The notes beneath the pieces are model-generated. The model saw only the letters and a program-made list of their open reading frames with translations. It was not told where the DNA came from and did no database searches. DNA of 64,000 bases from Nitrospirota bacterium (lineage in GTDB: Bacteria > Nitrospirota > Thermodesulfovibrionia > Thermodesulfovibrionales > JdFR-86). The DNA is taken from the NCBI GenBank assembly GCA_963721805.1, contig CAVRJY010000002.1, positions 256,001-320,000 of the forward strand, written 5' to 3'. A program made the translations under genes and the position numbers. Below are positions 41,253 through 51,408 of this stretch, piece by piece (position 1 is the first letter of the stretch; each line of letters opens with the position of its first letter).

Positions 41253-41924
41253 GTGATTGAACTAGAAGGCATAAGGAAGGTCTTCAATGCCGGGAGGCCA
41301 AACGAGTTCGAGGCCCTGCGCGGCATCACGATGAGGCTTCCATTAGGCGGCGTGACCGTGATCAAGGGGCCGTCCGGCTCGGGCAAGACCACGCTGCTGG
41401 CGGTGCTCGGCTGCATGATGCGCCCGACAGAGGGCCGAGTGCACCTAAACGGCCGCGAGATTACCAGCCTCCCCGAGCGGTTCCTGACCGGGATCAGGCG
41501 CGAGACGTTCGGGTTCGTCTTCCAGCAGTTTCACCTCATGCGCGGCATCACCGCGATAGAGAACGCGATGCTCCCGCTTTACCCCACCGGGCTTTCGCAC
41601 GCAGAGGTCCGCGCGCGCGCAACGGGGCTTTTTAAGATGCTGCACATCGAGGCCAAGGCCTACTCGGACTCCGCATGGCTCTCGGGCGGCGAGGCCCAGC
41701 GCGTGGCCATAGCGCGCGCCCTGATCAACAACCCCTCGGTCCTGATCGCTGACGAGCCTACCGCCCACCTCGACACCGCGCTGTCGCAGGAATGCATCTC
41801 GATATTCGGCGACCTCAAGTCCACCGGCAAGACGATCATCATCTCCAGCCACGACCCCGTGGTCTTCGACTCCCCGATGGTCGACCGCGTCATAGAGGTC
41901 CGCGACGGCAGGCTGATCGAATGA
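41253..41924 (+). CDS. ABC transporter ATP-binding protein (LolD-like)
   Basis: GPSGSGKT, LSGGEAQR, DEPT. Confidence 0.95.
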   Translation: MIELEGIRKVFNAGRPNEFEALRGITMRLPLGGVTVIKGPSGSGKTTLLAVLGCMMRPTEGRVHLNGREITSLPERFLTGIRRETFGFVFQQFHLMRGITAIENAMLPLYPTGLSHAEVRARATGLFKMLHIEAKAYSDSAWLSGGEAQRVAIARALINNPSVLIADEPTAHLDTALSQECISIFGDLKSTGKTIIISSHDPVVFDSPMVDRVIEVRDGRLIE

Positions 41925-42916
41925 CTCTCACGCCGGAGACCGCGGCCCTGACGGTGTCCTCGGCCCTGAGCACGGTGATGATATGCGCCTCGGCCGCGTT
42001 CGGCGTGACGGTGCTCAGGCGGTGGGACCTCAGAAGCGGCAGCGAGCTACAGCTGACCCTGGAGCGCCGGACCTACCTCGTATCGACGATGCTCGCGTAC
42101 GCGTTTTTCTTCGAGTGCATATCCTTGTTTTTTCTCGTCCACACGGCCGAGAAGATGCACCCGCTCTTCGTGGGCGCGATGTGCGCGGTGGGCACGTTCA
42201 GCGCTAGCCGCTTCGGGTTCCCCTCGCTGATAATCCAGTGCATAACTTTTTTGCTGGCTGCCATATGGCTGATCATGAACTACGCAGACAGCCGCGCGAG
42301 CGACTACCCGCTAATCCGGCCCAAGTACGCCCTGCTCCTGCTGATCGCGCCTGTATCGGCCGCTGGCACCGCAACGCTTATCGGATTTTTCTGGACCTTG
42401 GAGCCTCACGTGATAACCTCGTGCTGCGGCGCGCTGTTTGGGAGCGGATCCAACGCCAGCATAGCCGCATCGCTGGGCGCACTTCCGCCCAAGCCCGCTA
42501 TGATCGCGTTTTACGCCTCGATAGCGCTCGTGGCGCTAAGCGGGCTTTACGCCGCTCGAACGGACCGGGGGCATGCCGCGCTCGGCCTGCTGAGCCTCGC
42601 TGCGCTCGTGGTCTCGCTTGCCTCGATCATCTCGTTCGTCTCTTGCTACGTGATGGAGCTGCCCACGCACCACTGCCCGTTTTGCATCCTGCAGGCAGAT
42701 TACGGCTACATAGGCTACCCGATGTACCTTGCGCTCTTCGGGGGCGCGGCCGCCGGGATCGGCGCTGGAGTGCTCGGGGCCTATAAGTCTGTCCCGAGCC
42801 TCGCGGACCCGCGCATCAGGCGCAATCTGGCCTATTGGTCGATGGCGCTGTTTCTGTTATTCGCTGCGATAGTGACATGGAAGATCCTGGGAACGGACTT
42901 CAAGCTCTTCGGCTGA
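41921..42916 (+). CDS. Polytopic membrane protein with Cys/His motifs
   Basis: ATG 41921 overlaps the ATPase stop; many TM helices; GAMC, TSCCG, HHCPFC. Confidence 0.75.
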   Translation: MTLTPETAALTVSSALSTVMICASAAFGVTVLRRWDLRSGSELQLTLERRTYLVSTMLAYAFFFECISLFFLVHTAEKMHPLFVGAMCAVGTFSASRFGFPSLIIQCITFLLAAIWLIMNYADSRASDYPLIRPKYALLLLIAPVSAAGTATLIGFFWTLEPHVITSCCGALFGSGSNASIAASLGALPPKPAMIAFYASIALVALSGLYAARTDRGHAALGLLSLAALVVSLASIISFVSCYVMELPTHHCPFCILQADYGYIGYPMYLALFGGAAAGIGAGVLGAYKSVPSLADPRIRRNLAYWSMALFLLFAAIVTWKILGTDFKLFG

Positions 42917-42922
42917 TACGGG

Positions 42923-44128
42923 TCAGGATTTTTTGATCCTCAAAAACTTACGTTTGCCTACCTGAAGAAGCGCGTCGGCCGAGCCTAAAGCCAGATTCGG
43001 GTCGGTGATCTTCACCCCGTCGAGCTTCACCCCGCCTTGCGAGATCAGCCTCCGGGCCTCGCTCATGCTCGATGCGAGCGCGTGCTCCTTCATCACCAGC
43101 GCGGCCGGGGAGCCCTCGGCGATGAACGCCTCGGGGATGTCGTCCGGGAGGCCCTTCTCACCGCCGAACATGCGGTCGAACTCCTCGCGCGCGGCCTTGC
43201 CCTCGATCACTCCCCAGTAGCGGCCGACGATCTCCTCGGCGAGCGAGGCCTTCGCGTCGCGGGGGTGCACGCTCCCGTCCGCCAGGCCGGATTTCAGCGC
43301 TCCCAGCTCCCCAAGCGTGATGTGGCTTAAAAGCTCATAGTAGCGGAGCATCAGCGCGTCCGTGATCGACATGATCTTGCCGAATATCTCTCTCGGGCTA
43401 TCGCTGATGCCGATGTAATTGCCCAGGCTCTTGGACATCTTCTTCACGCCGTCCGTGCCCTCTAATAGCGGCATCATCAGGACGCACTGCGGCTCCTGCC
43501 CGTACTCCTTCTGGAGCTCGCGGCCCATCAGGAGGTTGAACTTCTGGTCAGTGCCGCCAAGCTCGACGTCGCAGCGGAGCGCGACGCTGTCGTAGCCCTG
43601 CACGAGCGGGTACATGAACTCGTGGATATGGATCGGGACCTGCCCCTCGTAGCGTTTTTTGAAGTCGTCGCGCTCGAGCATACGGGCGACGGTATAGTGG
43701 CTCAGCAGCCGCACGATCTCGGCGGGCTTGAGCGGGTCGAGCCACTCGGAGTTGAACTTTACCGTCGTCCGCTCCGGGATCAGGATCTTGAATATCTGCT
43801 CGCGGTAGGTCTCGGCGTTTCTGAGCACGTCCTCGCGCGTCAGCGGCGGCCGCATCTCGTTTTTGCCCGAGGGGTCGCCGATCATGCCCGTGAAGTCCCC
43901 GATCAGGAATATGCACTCGTGGCCGAGCTCCTGAAACTGGCGCATCTTCTCTATCAGGACGGTATGGCCGATGTGGATGTCCGGCGCGGTCGGGTCAAAC
44001 CCGGCCTTGACGCGCAGGGGGCGGTTTTCCTTCACCGAGCGGACGAGCTTGCGCATGAGCTCGGCCTCGCTTATGAGTTCGGCCGCCCCGCGGCGTATCG
44101 CCTCCATCTGTTTTTCGGGTGAGATCAT
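42923..44128 (-). CDS. tyrS: Tyrosine--tRNA ligase
   Basis: [24 protein letters not shown]4 domain. Confidence 0.97.
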   Translation of the reverse strand: MISPEKQMEAIRRGAAELISEAELMRKLVRSVKENRPLRVKAGFDPTAPDIHIGHTVLIEKMRQFQELGHECIFLIGDFTGMIGDPSGKNEMRPPLTREDVLRNAETYREQIFKILIPERTTVKFNSEWLDPLKPAEIVRLLSHYTVARMLERDDFKKRYEGQVPIHIHEFMYPLVQGYDSVALRCDVELGGTDQKFNLLMGRELQKEYGQEPQCVLMMPLLEGTDGVKKMSKSLGNYIGISDSPREIFGKIMSITDALMLRYYELLSHITLGELGALKSGLADGSVHPRDAKASLAEEIVGRYWGVIEGKAAREEFDRMFGGEKGLPDDIPEAFIAEGSPAALVMKEHALASSMSEARRLISQGGVKLDGVKITDPNLALGSADALLQVGKRKFLRIKKS

Positions 44129-44209
44129 CGAATGCGTATGATAAACGTTGCGGTCACATGAGGTCAAATGAAATAAAAAAAAGGCCACGCGAATGGCCGG
44201 GGATTTTTA

Positions 44210-44286
44210 TGGCGGGGCGGACGGGGCTCGAACCCGCGACATCCAGCGTGACAGGCTGGCACTCTAACCAACTGAGCTACCGCCCC
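44210..44286 (-). tRNA. tRNA-Asp(GTC)
   Basis: GGGGCGGTAGCTCAG..CCAGC-CTGTCAC-GCTGG..GGTTCGAGCC..CCA. Confidence 0.96.
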
Positions 44287-44298
44287 AAGGGGTGCACA

Positions 44299-44374
44299 TG
44301 GTAGGCGGAACAGGGATCGAACCTGCGACATCAGCCTTGTAAGGGCTGCGCTCTCCCGGCTGAGCTATCCGCCC
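44299..44374 (-). tRNA. tRNA-Val(TAC)
   Basis: GGGCGGATAGCTCAG..CAGCC-CTTACAA-GGCTG..GGTTCGATCC..CCA. Confidence 0.96.
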
Positions 44375-44492
44375 GCGTACGTCCTTAGGAATGCTAATTA
44401 TCCACTACCGGCCCCGAATTTGTCAAATCCCGCGCCGGCAGGGTGCGGCGGCCCGAAACGCCCCGGCGCATCGGCCCCGGGCGGGCATGCTG

Positions 44493-45089
44493 CTATTTGA
44501 TGTGGCATTTAAGGCAGAGGCGGGAATCGTTGTTTGATAAAACGAGGTGACTCTCGTTTCGTTTATACGGGTTATGGCATGACAGGCAGGTCACCTTCCC
44601 GTCCACCATCACTATCCTGCGGTCCGTGAGAGTCCTGAATTTGCCGGGTTCGCCCTTGACGTACAGTACGTCCACCTTGTGGCCGTCACGCGATATGTCC
44701 GGCCCTATAGTGCCGTCATGGCAGCCGAGGCACCCGTTGACAGCCTGATCGTCCAGGTCGTCGCGGTTGCCCATGTGCGCCATCCCCAGCAGGCAGGCCA
44801 TGCCGGTCGTGCAGTCGTGGCAGACGCTGCACAGCTTGCCAGAATCCTTCCGCAGGCCGCAGACGCCTTGCGCGCATTTATGGCATGTGAGGCACACCAT
44901 CTTCCCGTTGGCGTCAAGCGGCAGGGGTTCCTTCATGCCCTGAGGCGTCTTGAGCGTGTGCGTCGGGAGCGCGCGCGGGTGGCACGACAGGCAGTATGTG
45001 CTGTCAATCCCCGCCGGGTCGTGCATCCCGGCTATTGCGACCGATGAGCAGAGTGACAGGAATAAAGCGGCGGTGTAAAGGCGTATCAT
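44493..45089 (-). CDS. Hexaheme c-type cytochrome
   Basis: Signal peptide; 6 CxxCH (CLSCH, CLTCH, CSVCH, CLGCH, CLSCH, CLKCH). Confidence 0.88.
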   Translation of the reverse strand: MIRLYTAALFLSLCSSVAIAGMHDPAGIDSTYCLSCHPRALPTHTLKTPQGMKEPLPLDANGKMVCLTCHKCAQGVCGLRKDSGKLCSVCHDCTTGMACLLGMAHMGNRDDLDDQAVNGCLGCHDGTIGPDISRDGHKVDVLYVKGEPGKFRTLTDRRIVMVDGKVTCLSCHNPYKRNESHLVLSNNDSRLCLKCHIK

Positions 45090-45379
45090 GTGCTGCCCCC
45101 CATTCTTGACGAAATCGTAGCACCAAACAGCCCTCGGAGCAACTGAATTGCGTGGCAAGCGGGCTTATGCATTGTTTATGCCTGTAGCCCTCCCGCAAGC
45201 CAGTGTTTTGGCGCTTATTTTTCGAGGCATCATGTCAGGCCCAAATGAAGCGGTCAGCGGGAAGCCGGACAAACTCTGCGCCTTTGGATCTCTGAAGCCG
45301 CATCGCGCCGCGCCTCTTGACAGTCTATGACACTCAAGGTTATTCTCTAAATGCCTGATTTCACGAAATTTCCATACCA

Positions 45380-45466
45380 GCCGGAGTGGCGGAATTGGCA
45401 GACGCAAGGGACTTAAAATCCCTCGGGGGCAACCCCATACCGGTTCAATCCCGGTCTCCGGTACCA
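45380..45466 (+). tRNA. tRNA-Leu(TAA), island integration site
   Basis: GCCGGAGTGGCGGAATTGGCAGACGC..AGGGA-CTTAAAA-TCCCT, long variable arm, GGTTCAATCC..CCA. Confidence 0.96.
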
Positions 45467-45546
45467 TAATAATAACAAGGGGTTAGACGATTTTCGTCAA
45501 CCCCTTTTGCTTTGTGATTCCAATTCTGGGGAAAGTTTGGGGAAAG

Positions 45547-46503
45547 TCAGATTCGCGTAAACCCCAATAGTCTCAGATACCCCATGGTGGTCGAGATGTT
45601 GCTGTGGCCGAGCCTCTGCATGATTTCCAAGGTGCTCATGCCGCTATTGGCCCATATAGAGGCCCTGCGGTGCCGAAGATTGTGCCATGCCCATGGCCTT
45701 TGTCCGCATAAGCGCACTGCCTTGGTAAGATAGTGCTGATACTCACTGCAAGCCTCCTCCAAACCTTTGAAGTCCGGGCTTATACATGCCGGTCGCGGCA
45801 CATACCGTGGAGTTAGGGTTGAGTTCTTGGCCTTCCTCGTCCAGAGAACTACTTGCTCGCCGATAATTTCCGGTTTATTGAAAAACCGGACGGCTTCGTT
45901 GATGCGACAGCCTGTTTCCTGAACGAAGCCAAAAAGAACTTTTCGGGCCGGAGTTAATCTGCTATAGACCTCCTCGATCTCGGCATCTGTTGGGATGTGT
46001 TTGAGCTTTTGCTCTATGGGATAGAGTCCCAAGCCGTGCGCCGGGTTGCGCATATCAAGATCATGGATTTTGATGCCCCATTCAAAAAGGGCATGGATGA
46101 TCCGCTGCATTTCCCTGAGCCGATGGTTGGTCTGTCCTTTGGCAGCAAACCGCTTGGCTTCATTGGAAAACAGATCGTGAAGCTGTTTTTTGGTTATCTG
46201 CGACACCTCAATGTCGCCGATATAATCCAACAGCTTTTTGAAAAACCGTTTGGTGTTTTTGTAATACTGAAGACTTCTCTTGGCCTGAAGCTCATCAAGC
46301 CGGTCGTTCATTAAGCTCAAGAGCATAATGCTGCTTGTTGGATTCCGTGCCTCCTTGTCCGCCCTGTTGATGTAATCTCTTTCGGCTTTCCGCGCTTCCT
46401 GCTTTGTGAGGTATATGCACTGAGAGCAATACTTGTTGCCCAAATACTGCCCTCTGAATAGCCACCTCACGCCCTTGGCCAGTTTCCGGCTATACACGCC
46501 CAC
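45547..46503 (-). CDS. Tyrosine integrase 1
   Basis: TGCRINE, HNLRH, LGHSNISTTMGY catalytic residues. Confidence 0.92.
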   Translation of the reverse strand: MGVYSRKLAKGVRWLFRGQYLGNKYCSQCIYLTKQEARKAERDYINRADKEARNPTSSIMLLSLMNDRLDELQAKRSLQYYKNTKRFFKKLLDYIGDIEVSQITKKQLHDLFSNEAKRFAAKGQTNHRLREMQRIIHALFEWGIKIHDLDMRNPAHGLGLYPIEQKLKHIPTDAEIEEVYSRLTPARKVLFGFVQETGCRINEAVRFFNKPEIIGEQVVLWTRKAKNSTLTPRYVPRPACISPDFKGLEEACSEYQHYLTKAVRLCGQRPWAWHNLRHRRASIWANSGMSTLEIMQRLGHSNISTTMGYLRLLGFTRI

Positions 46504-46666
46504 GCTCTCACCTCCTATCGTCTCGCCTCGTTAAGGCTGTTAAAGTTTTCGTTGAAACTCCGTTTAGCTTTGGATATAATTTAAGAACGGTAAAAGGCTT
46601 ACAGGTAGGGGTAGTCTTTCAAAATTTGGGTTGGTTTAAGGCGGTAAGAGGTAACAGGAGGTGTCT

Positions 46667-46897
46667 ATGGACACCAAGTTCCTCTCCGCCAAGGAGGTCG
46701 CCGCCCTGCTGGGTCGATCCGAAAAATGGGTCTACTCCAACAAGGCGGCAATTCCGGGTATGTTCTACCTCGGTAGATCATACTTTTGGGATCAAGAAGT
46801 CCTCCTTGGAACCCTGAAAGACTTGGCAACCCGTCCTGCCAAGCCGGGAGCAAGAAGCGGCGGCAAGCCTATTGGCGACCGCCACTGCCTGCTCTAA
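46667..46897 (+). CDS. Excisionase/AlpA-like HTH protein
   Basis: FLSAKEVAALLGRSEKWVY; divergent from the integrase; SD AGGAGG. Confidence 0.75.
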   Translation: MDTKFLSAKEVAALLGRSEKWVYSNKAAIPGMFYLGRSYFWDQEVLLGTLKDLATRPAKPGARSGGKPIGDRHCLL

Positions 46898-46917
46898 GTT
46901 CGTGCGGGGTGGGGTTA

Positions 46918-47151
46918 TTACTCCACCCCCATTTTTTGTGTGGCCCCCTGTTCTTGGGCTTCCGGCTTCCCGCCGGTCGATCCGCTCTTTCGTCCTCTCT
47001 TTTTAGGTTCACCTGTTCCGTTGGCGATGGCTGCAAGATATGCCTCCACCCCTTTGATTTCCGCCGTTACCTCGGCAAGCTCTATTTTGAGTTTGATTTC
47101 CGTGGCTCTGAGTTCTTCTAGCCTGTTTGCTGCCTGTTCCCTGAACATCAT
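46918..47151 (-). CDS. Small coiled-coil protein with basic tail
   Basis: SD AGGAGG; heptad pattern followed by PKKRGRK. Confidence 0.55.
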   Translation of the reverse strand: MMFREQAANRLEELRATEIKLKIELAEVTAEIKGVEAYLAAIANGTGEPKKRGRKSGSTGGKPEAQEQGATQKMGVE

Positions 47152-47244
47152 AACGCCTCCTTTTCTTGAGTTTTACGTCTCACCTTTATTGTAGAAAGGC
47201 GCGCGGATGTTGGAAATAGAAACCATCGGAGAATTCAAGATAAT

Positions 47245-48032
47245 TTAGGAACTTACGGGATGCTGCGTTGATTCGCTGTCCTGAGACAGGATAATCCCTA
47301 GGACTTGCTCCGTATCACTAAGCACCCGGAGTGCCGCCGCATACGGCGAAAGCTTTGCCTTCACCGCATAGTGGGTGATATATCGATAGCCGTTGCCGAG
47401 CGCCTTGTCTGGTTCTTTGCCGATGAGCTTGCAAAGCACGATGGCTCCAAGCTCGGCTACGATCTCTTGTCTCCAGTCCTGACCGGGGGTAAGGTTACCC
47501 ATGATCCGATGGTGGGCAGAGTGGCACAGCTCGTGGAAAAACACGCTTTCTTCCGGCGATGCCAGAACGATTTCCTTGCGGCTCTGGGCATATGCGCCAT
47601 AGAAGTAGGAACTTCCGGCCACGGCTTTTACGCTGATGCCCCATTCCGAAGCTCGTTTCAGAAGCGGCAACTCCGGCACGATTAGCTTCTGGTATTCCAC
47701 CGGTTTGCCGTTGGTGTCTTCAATCCGAAATACCGGCACTAGCATGAAGGCGCGAACGACCTTTTCGTCATCCTTTTCGTTATTCTCTTGACGATAGGGG
47801 CAAGGATATGGATCGCTCGACTACCTTTTCTCGGATACCGTCCGATCTTGTTCCACTGCCTGATGCCGCGCGCGTCCTGTGTGCCGCTGGAATAGGCCAA
47901 GAGCCTGTTAAGTAGGGACCACTTGGCCATTGGGATGTCCACCTGCGGATAACACGTCAGAGCCACCGCTTCGGGGATGTCCCCGCTTTCGAACTGCTCC
48001 AGAATCAGTTCAATGTTTCTTTCACCTTCATG
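47245..48032 (-). pseudogene. ArdC-like antirestriction/ssDNA-binding protein, frameshifted
   Basis: WSLLNRL..ARGIRQW..PRKGSRAIHILAP in one frame; VPVFRIEDTNG..FFHELCH..QEIVAE in another; shifts near 47785 and probably near 48005. Confidence 0.7.
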
Positions 48033-48033
48033 C

Positions 48034-48339
48034 TCAATCTTCTCCTTTCGCTGGATTTGTGCCTGAATAGGCACGATAAGCTCGTATGGTCCTCCTTGAG
48101 TGCTTCAGGCAGAAATAGTCCGGGATAAGGCTCAGCTGGTTTTGGTTAAAGGCCGGAGCCTGTGCTATGACTAGCTCCTGCCCCGTAAGCTCTACCCGGT
48201 ATCCGGCAATGGTTAAGCCGGAAAGGTTATTGGCTCCGAGGTAGACGGTAATTCTTTCCTCCAAGTCTGGAAGTTCATCGACGATTTTACGGCGATGGTA
48301 GAGCTTGCTTACGAGCCGGGATAATTCCGTGCGGTTCAT
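48034..48339 (-). CDS. Hypothetical protein
   Basis: SD AAAGGAGG before ATG; no recognisable motif. Confidence 0.5.
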   Translation of the reverse strand: MNRTELSRLVSKLYHRRKIVDELPDLEERITVYLGANNLSGLTIAGYRVELTGQELVIAQAPAFNQNQLSLIPDYFCLKHSRRTIRAYRAYSGTNPAKGED

Positions 48340-48482
48340 CGCGCGCCTCCTTTGTCTTCTAACCCGGCTTGCGTTGGCAAACAGGGGTTGGATCAGTTAA
48401 TAAAGAACTGATGCCAGTCTATGTGGAGAACAGAAGACGCGAAAGGCGGGAGAACTTGCGCATATAGGCAAATAATCGGAGG

Positions 48483-49781
48483 TTAAGGCGACAACAGCTC
48501 CTTTTCGGCCTGTTTCCGTGGCTTATTGTATTTCGCTCTCGATGCCGCGATAATTTCATCCCTGAATGAAACTCCCATCTCTGGCGGTGCAAGCGTCGCG
48601 GCACTGAAGGCTTTGGAAGTAAACCCGTCGATCAGGAGCTTGAGGTATATGTGGTAATTCGGGAGATTCACTAAATCACTCTCTTTGAAAACAGACATGA
48701 ATTCACGGCTTAAGTAGCTGGCATCTTTGGCTCCGACCCGGAAGGAAATAATCGTTCCGACATTGCCGAAAACCGCCGTCCGTATTTCTTTCTCCAGCTG
48801 CTCAATATACTGATGGGCCAGTATAAGGCATAGGCCGTATTTGCGCGACTCGGATAATATGTCGGCAAACGATTCGGTTAGGAAGTTATGAACCTCATCC
48901 ACATAGAGATAAAAATACTTCCGCTCGCTTTCCGGCAGATTGGCCCGGCTCATGGCCGCTAATTGGATTCGTGTGACAATCATGGCACCTAAGAGGGCGC
49001 AATTGTCCTCTCCGATTTTGCCCTTTGCCAAATTGACGATCAATATCTTGCCTTCATCCATAACCTTACGGAGCTTGAAGGTGTTTTCCCGCTGGCCGAC
49101 GATATTTCGGAGCGGCACACTGGATAAAAACTGACCCATCTTGTTTAAGATGGGAGCGATGGCGCTTGAGCGCATCCAAGCCGAATATTGCTCATATTCC
49201 AGAAACCAGAAATCCCGTAACTGTTGATCGGCTATCTTTGTCAGAACCCTTGACCGGAATGTCTTGTTGGTTAATAGCCGTGGGATGTCCAAAAGAGTGC
49301 TGCCCTGATATGCCAAGAGAGTTAAGATCGAATTCCTAAGAATATGCTCCAGCCTCGGCCCCCAGAAGTCAGCCCAGATTTTCTTAAAAACTGATATGAG
49401 GCCGGAGGCTACCAGATGATGATAGTCCGGGTGGATGGTCTCCAGCGGATTAAAGGCAATGGGATATTCGATGTCAGCCGGATTGAAATATATCACGTCT
49501 TCGATTCGTTCTTTGGGGATATATCCCAAAATGTTTTCGGCTAAGTCCCCGTGGGGATCGATCAAAGCCAGTCCGTTTCCGGCCTTGATGTCAGAGATAA
49601 CCATATTCTCGATCAGCGTGGATTTGCCGGTGCCGGTTTTGCCGATGATATACATATGGCCGCCCCTGTCCTTTTCTTTGATGCCGAACAGCTTATTGGT
49701 ATTGCGGTAATTTGTTGTGGCGAGATATGTGATTTTGGGTTTATCGTTGCTTTGAGTCATAAAGCAATGATAAGCATTCAT
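48483..49781 (-). CDS. VirD4/TrwB-like coupling ATPase (soluble, no TM anchor)
   Basis: GKTGTGKST, IDPHGDL, WGPRLEHILRN, YVDEVHNF, SESRKYGL, AHQY. Confidence 0.85.
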   Translation of the reverse strand: MNAYHCFMTQSNDKPKITYLATTNYRNTNKLFGIKEKDRGGHMYIIGKTGTGKSTLIENMVISDIKAGNGLALIDPHGDLAENILGYIPKERIEDVIYFNPADIEYPIAFNPLETIHPDYHHLVASGLISVFKKIWADFWGPRLEHILRNSILTLLAYQGSTLLDIPRLLTNKTFRSRVLTKIADQQLRDFWFLEYEQYSAWMRSSAIAPILNKMGQFLSSVPLRNIVGQRENTFKLRKVMDEGKILIVNLAKGKIGEDNCALLGAMIVTRIQLAAMSRANLPESERKYFYLYVDEVHNFLTESFADILSESRKYGLCLILAHQYIEQLEKEIRTAVFGNVGTIISFRVGAKDASYLSREFMSVFKESDLVNLPNYHIYLKLLIDGFTSKAFSAATLAPPEMGVSFRDEIIAASRAKYNKPRKQAEKELLSP

Positions 49782-49959
49782 TCACATAAATCGAAGGCTG
49801 GATTTAATGACTAAGGAGGCAACTTCTGCCTCCTTTTTTGTTTTTCCACCTCTGCTAATCTGCATTTGACAGCGAATTCCTAGGTTCGCTTTCCTCAATA
49901 ATTTCTTAATGCTAAAATGACAATACGGACCAAGCGCGGATCAATTCCGCGCCCCCGTA

Positions 49960-50217
49960 TTGCTCATTAACAAATTAATGGACAATGGTTCAAATGCGGC
50001 TCACGAGCTGAAAGAGTTATCATCGCCAGAAGAACTGGCCGAGTATTTTGGTTATTCCATAGCTACCGTCTATCGGTTCATGGCAAAGAGACAAATACCG
50101 TTTTGCAAGTTAGGGCGTGGTATAAAATTCAAAAGGGATGATGTCTTAAAGTTTATTGACGACAACCGCACTGACACCATTGTTAAGCAATTGTATGAGC
50201 GCAAGAAAAAGATATAA
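49960..50217 (+). CDS. Excisionase-like HTH protein 2
   Basis: SPEELAEYFGYSIATVYR..IPFCKLGRGIKF; overlaps the integrase 2 start. Confidence 0.8.
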   Translation: MLINKLMDNGSNAAHELKELSSPEELAEYFGYSIATVYRFMAKRQIPFCKLGRGIKFKRDDVLKFIDDNRTDTIVKQLYERKKKI

Positions 50218-51328
50218 CAAATGGTGGGTTGATTTCGGGTTTAATGGAACAAGATATAGAAAACCAAGCCCTGATAACACTGCGGCTGGAGCGAAGGCCT
50301 ATGAAGCCCACCTAAGACAACAATTGGCGCGCGGAGAAAATGTTAACGAGAACTATGATATAGCGAAGAAGGCCTGTCTGCAAAAGCAAACATTTGAAGA
50401 ATTCGCACGGAAATGGTTTGAAATCGATGTGAAGAATAACAATAAGTTCTCTGTAATCAGCAACAAGCGATATACCCTAAACGCCCATCTGATCCCGTAT
50501 TTCGGCAATATGAGTATAGGTGAAATCGGCAACCTTCATGTCGAGGAATATAAAACGGTTAAGCTGAACTCTGGCCTATGCCAGAAGACCATCAATAACC
50601 ATCTTATTGTCTTGGCACGCTGTTTAAATGTAGCTATGGAGTGGAATGTCCTCGAAAAGGTGCCGAAGATAAAGCGAATGAAAGTGGCCCCGCAGAGATA
50701 TGACTTCTTGACGGAGAATGAGAGTCGGCAACTTCTCAATGATTCTGTGGGAACTTTGCGTGAGATGATTCTCGTTGCTCTGAAAACAGGAGTGCGCCTT
50801 GGAGAGCTGCTCGCCATTGAATGGTGTGACATCAATTTGCAGGAGAAGCTTCTGACGGTTAGGCAGGCAATTGTCTATGGTCGCCTTGGAAGCACTAAGA
50901 GCAATAAGATAAGACAGATTCCGTTAACGGATGAAGTCTGCGAGATGCTGACCGCTAGGGCATGCAGTAGTGGATTCATTTTTACCGATAACAAAAATAA
51001 GCCATTGAAGGCCTACTGTTGTTTAAGACGGTTGCACAAAGCTTGTAAGAATGCTGGTGTCAGAAAAGTTGGTTGGCATACTCTCAGGCATACTTTCGCT
51101 TCTCATCTCGCTATTAATAACGCTCCGATGAAAGCCATCCAAGAGCTACTGGGGCATTCCAGCATTGTGACGACAATGCGATATTCACATGTGAACCATG
51201 CTACGTTACAAAACGCTGTCAAAACTCTTGAAAGAAAACAGGTTGGTCATTATGTAGTCACAGGCCCTAATTTAGTCACAATTGAGAATGCATCACAGGA
51301 TCAATTTATTGGCGTTAGCAAGGCATAA
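50195..51328 (+). CDS. Tyrosine integrase 2
   Basis: TGVRLGEL, TKS, HTLRHTFASHL, LLGHSS..TMRY. Confidence 0.93.
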   Translation: MSARKRYNKWWVDFGFNGTRYRKPSPDNTAAGAKAYEAHLRQQLARGENVNENYDIAKKACLQKQTFEEFARKWFEIDVKNNNKFSVISNKRYTLNAHLIPYFGNMSIGEIGNLHVEEYKTVKLNSGLCQKTINNHLIVLARCLNVAMEWNVLEKVPKIKRMKVAPQRYDFLTENESRQLLNDSVGTLREMILVALKTGVRLGELLAIEWCDINLQEKLLTVRQAIVYGRLGSTKSNKIRQIPLTDEVCEMLTARACSSGFIFTDNKNKPLKAYCCLRRLHKACKNAGVRKVGWHTLRHTFASHLAINNAPMKAIQELLGHSSIVTTMRYSHVNHATLQNAVKTLERKQVGHYVVTGPNLVTIENASQDQFIGVSKA

Positions 51329-51369
51329 ACGGCATGTGCAGCATAAGTGTTCGTGCTCCTTATTAGCTC

Positions 51370-51408
51370 GATGAAAACCTGGTGTCCTGACCACTAGACG
51401 ATGGCGCC
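51370..51408 (-). other. 5' half of tRNA-Glu(TTC), candidate att core
   Basis: GGCGCCATCGTCTAGTGGTCAGGACACCAGGTTTTCATC ends just past the anticodon loop; no T-arm follows. Confidence 0.8.

Noticed and set aside
45170..45310. Possible riboswitch upstream of the hexaheme cytochrome
   Set aside because: I could not match c-di-GMP-I/II or other aptamer consensus by eye; an Infernal/Rfam scan would settle it.
45440..45466. attR duplicate of the tRNA-Leu 3' end
   Set aside because: No second copy was found in the window, so the island's right boundary cannot be placed.
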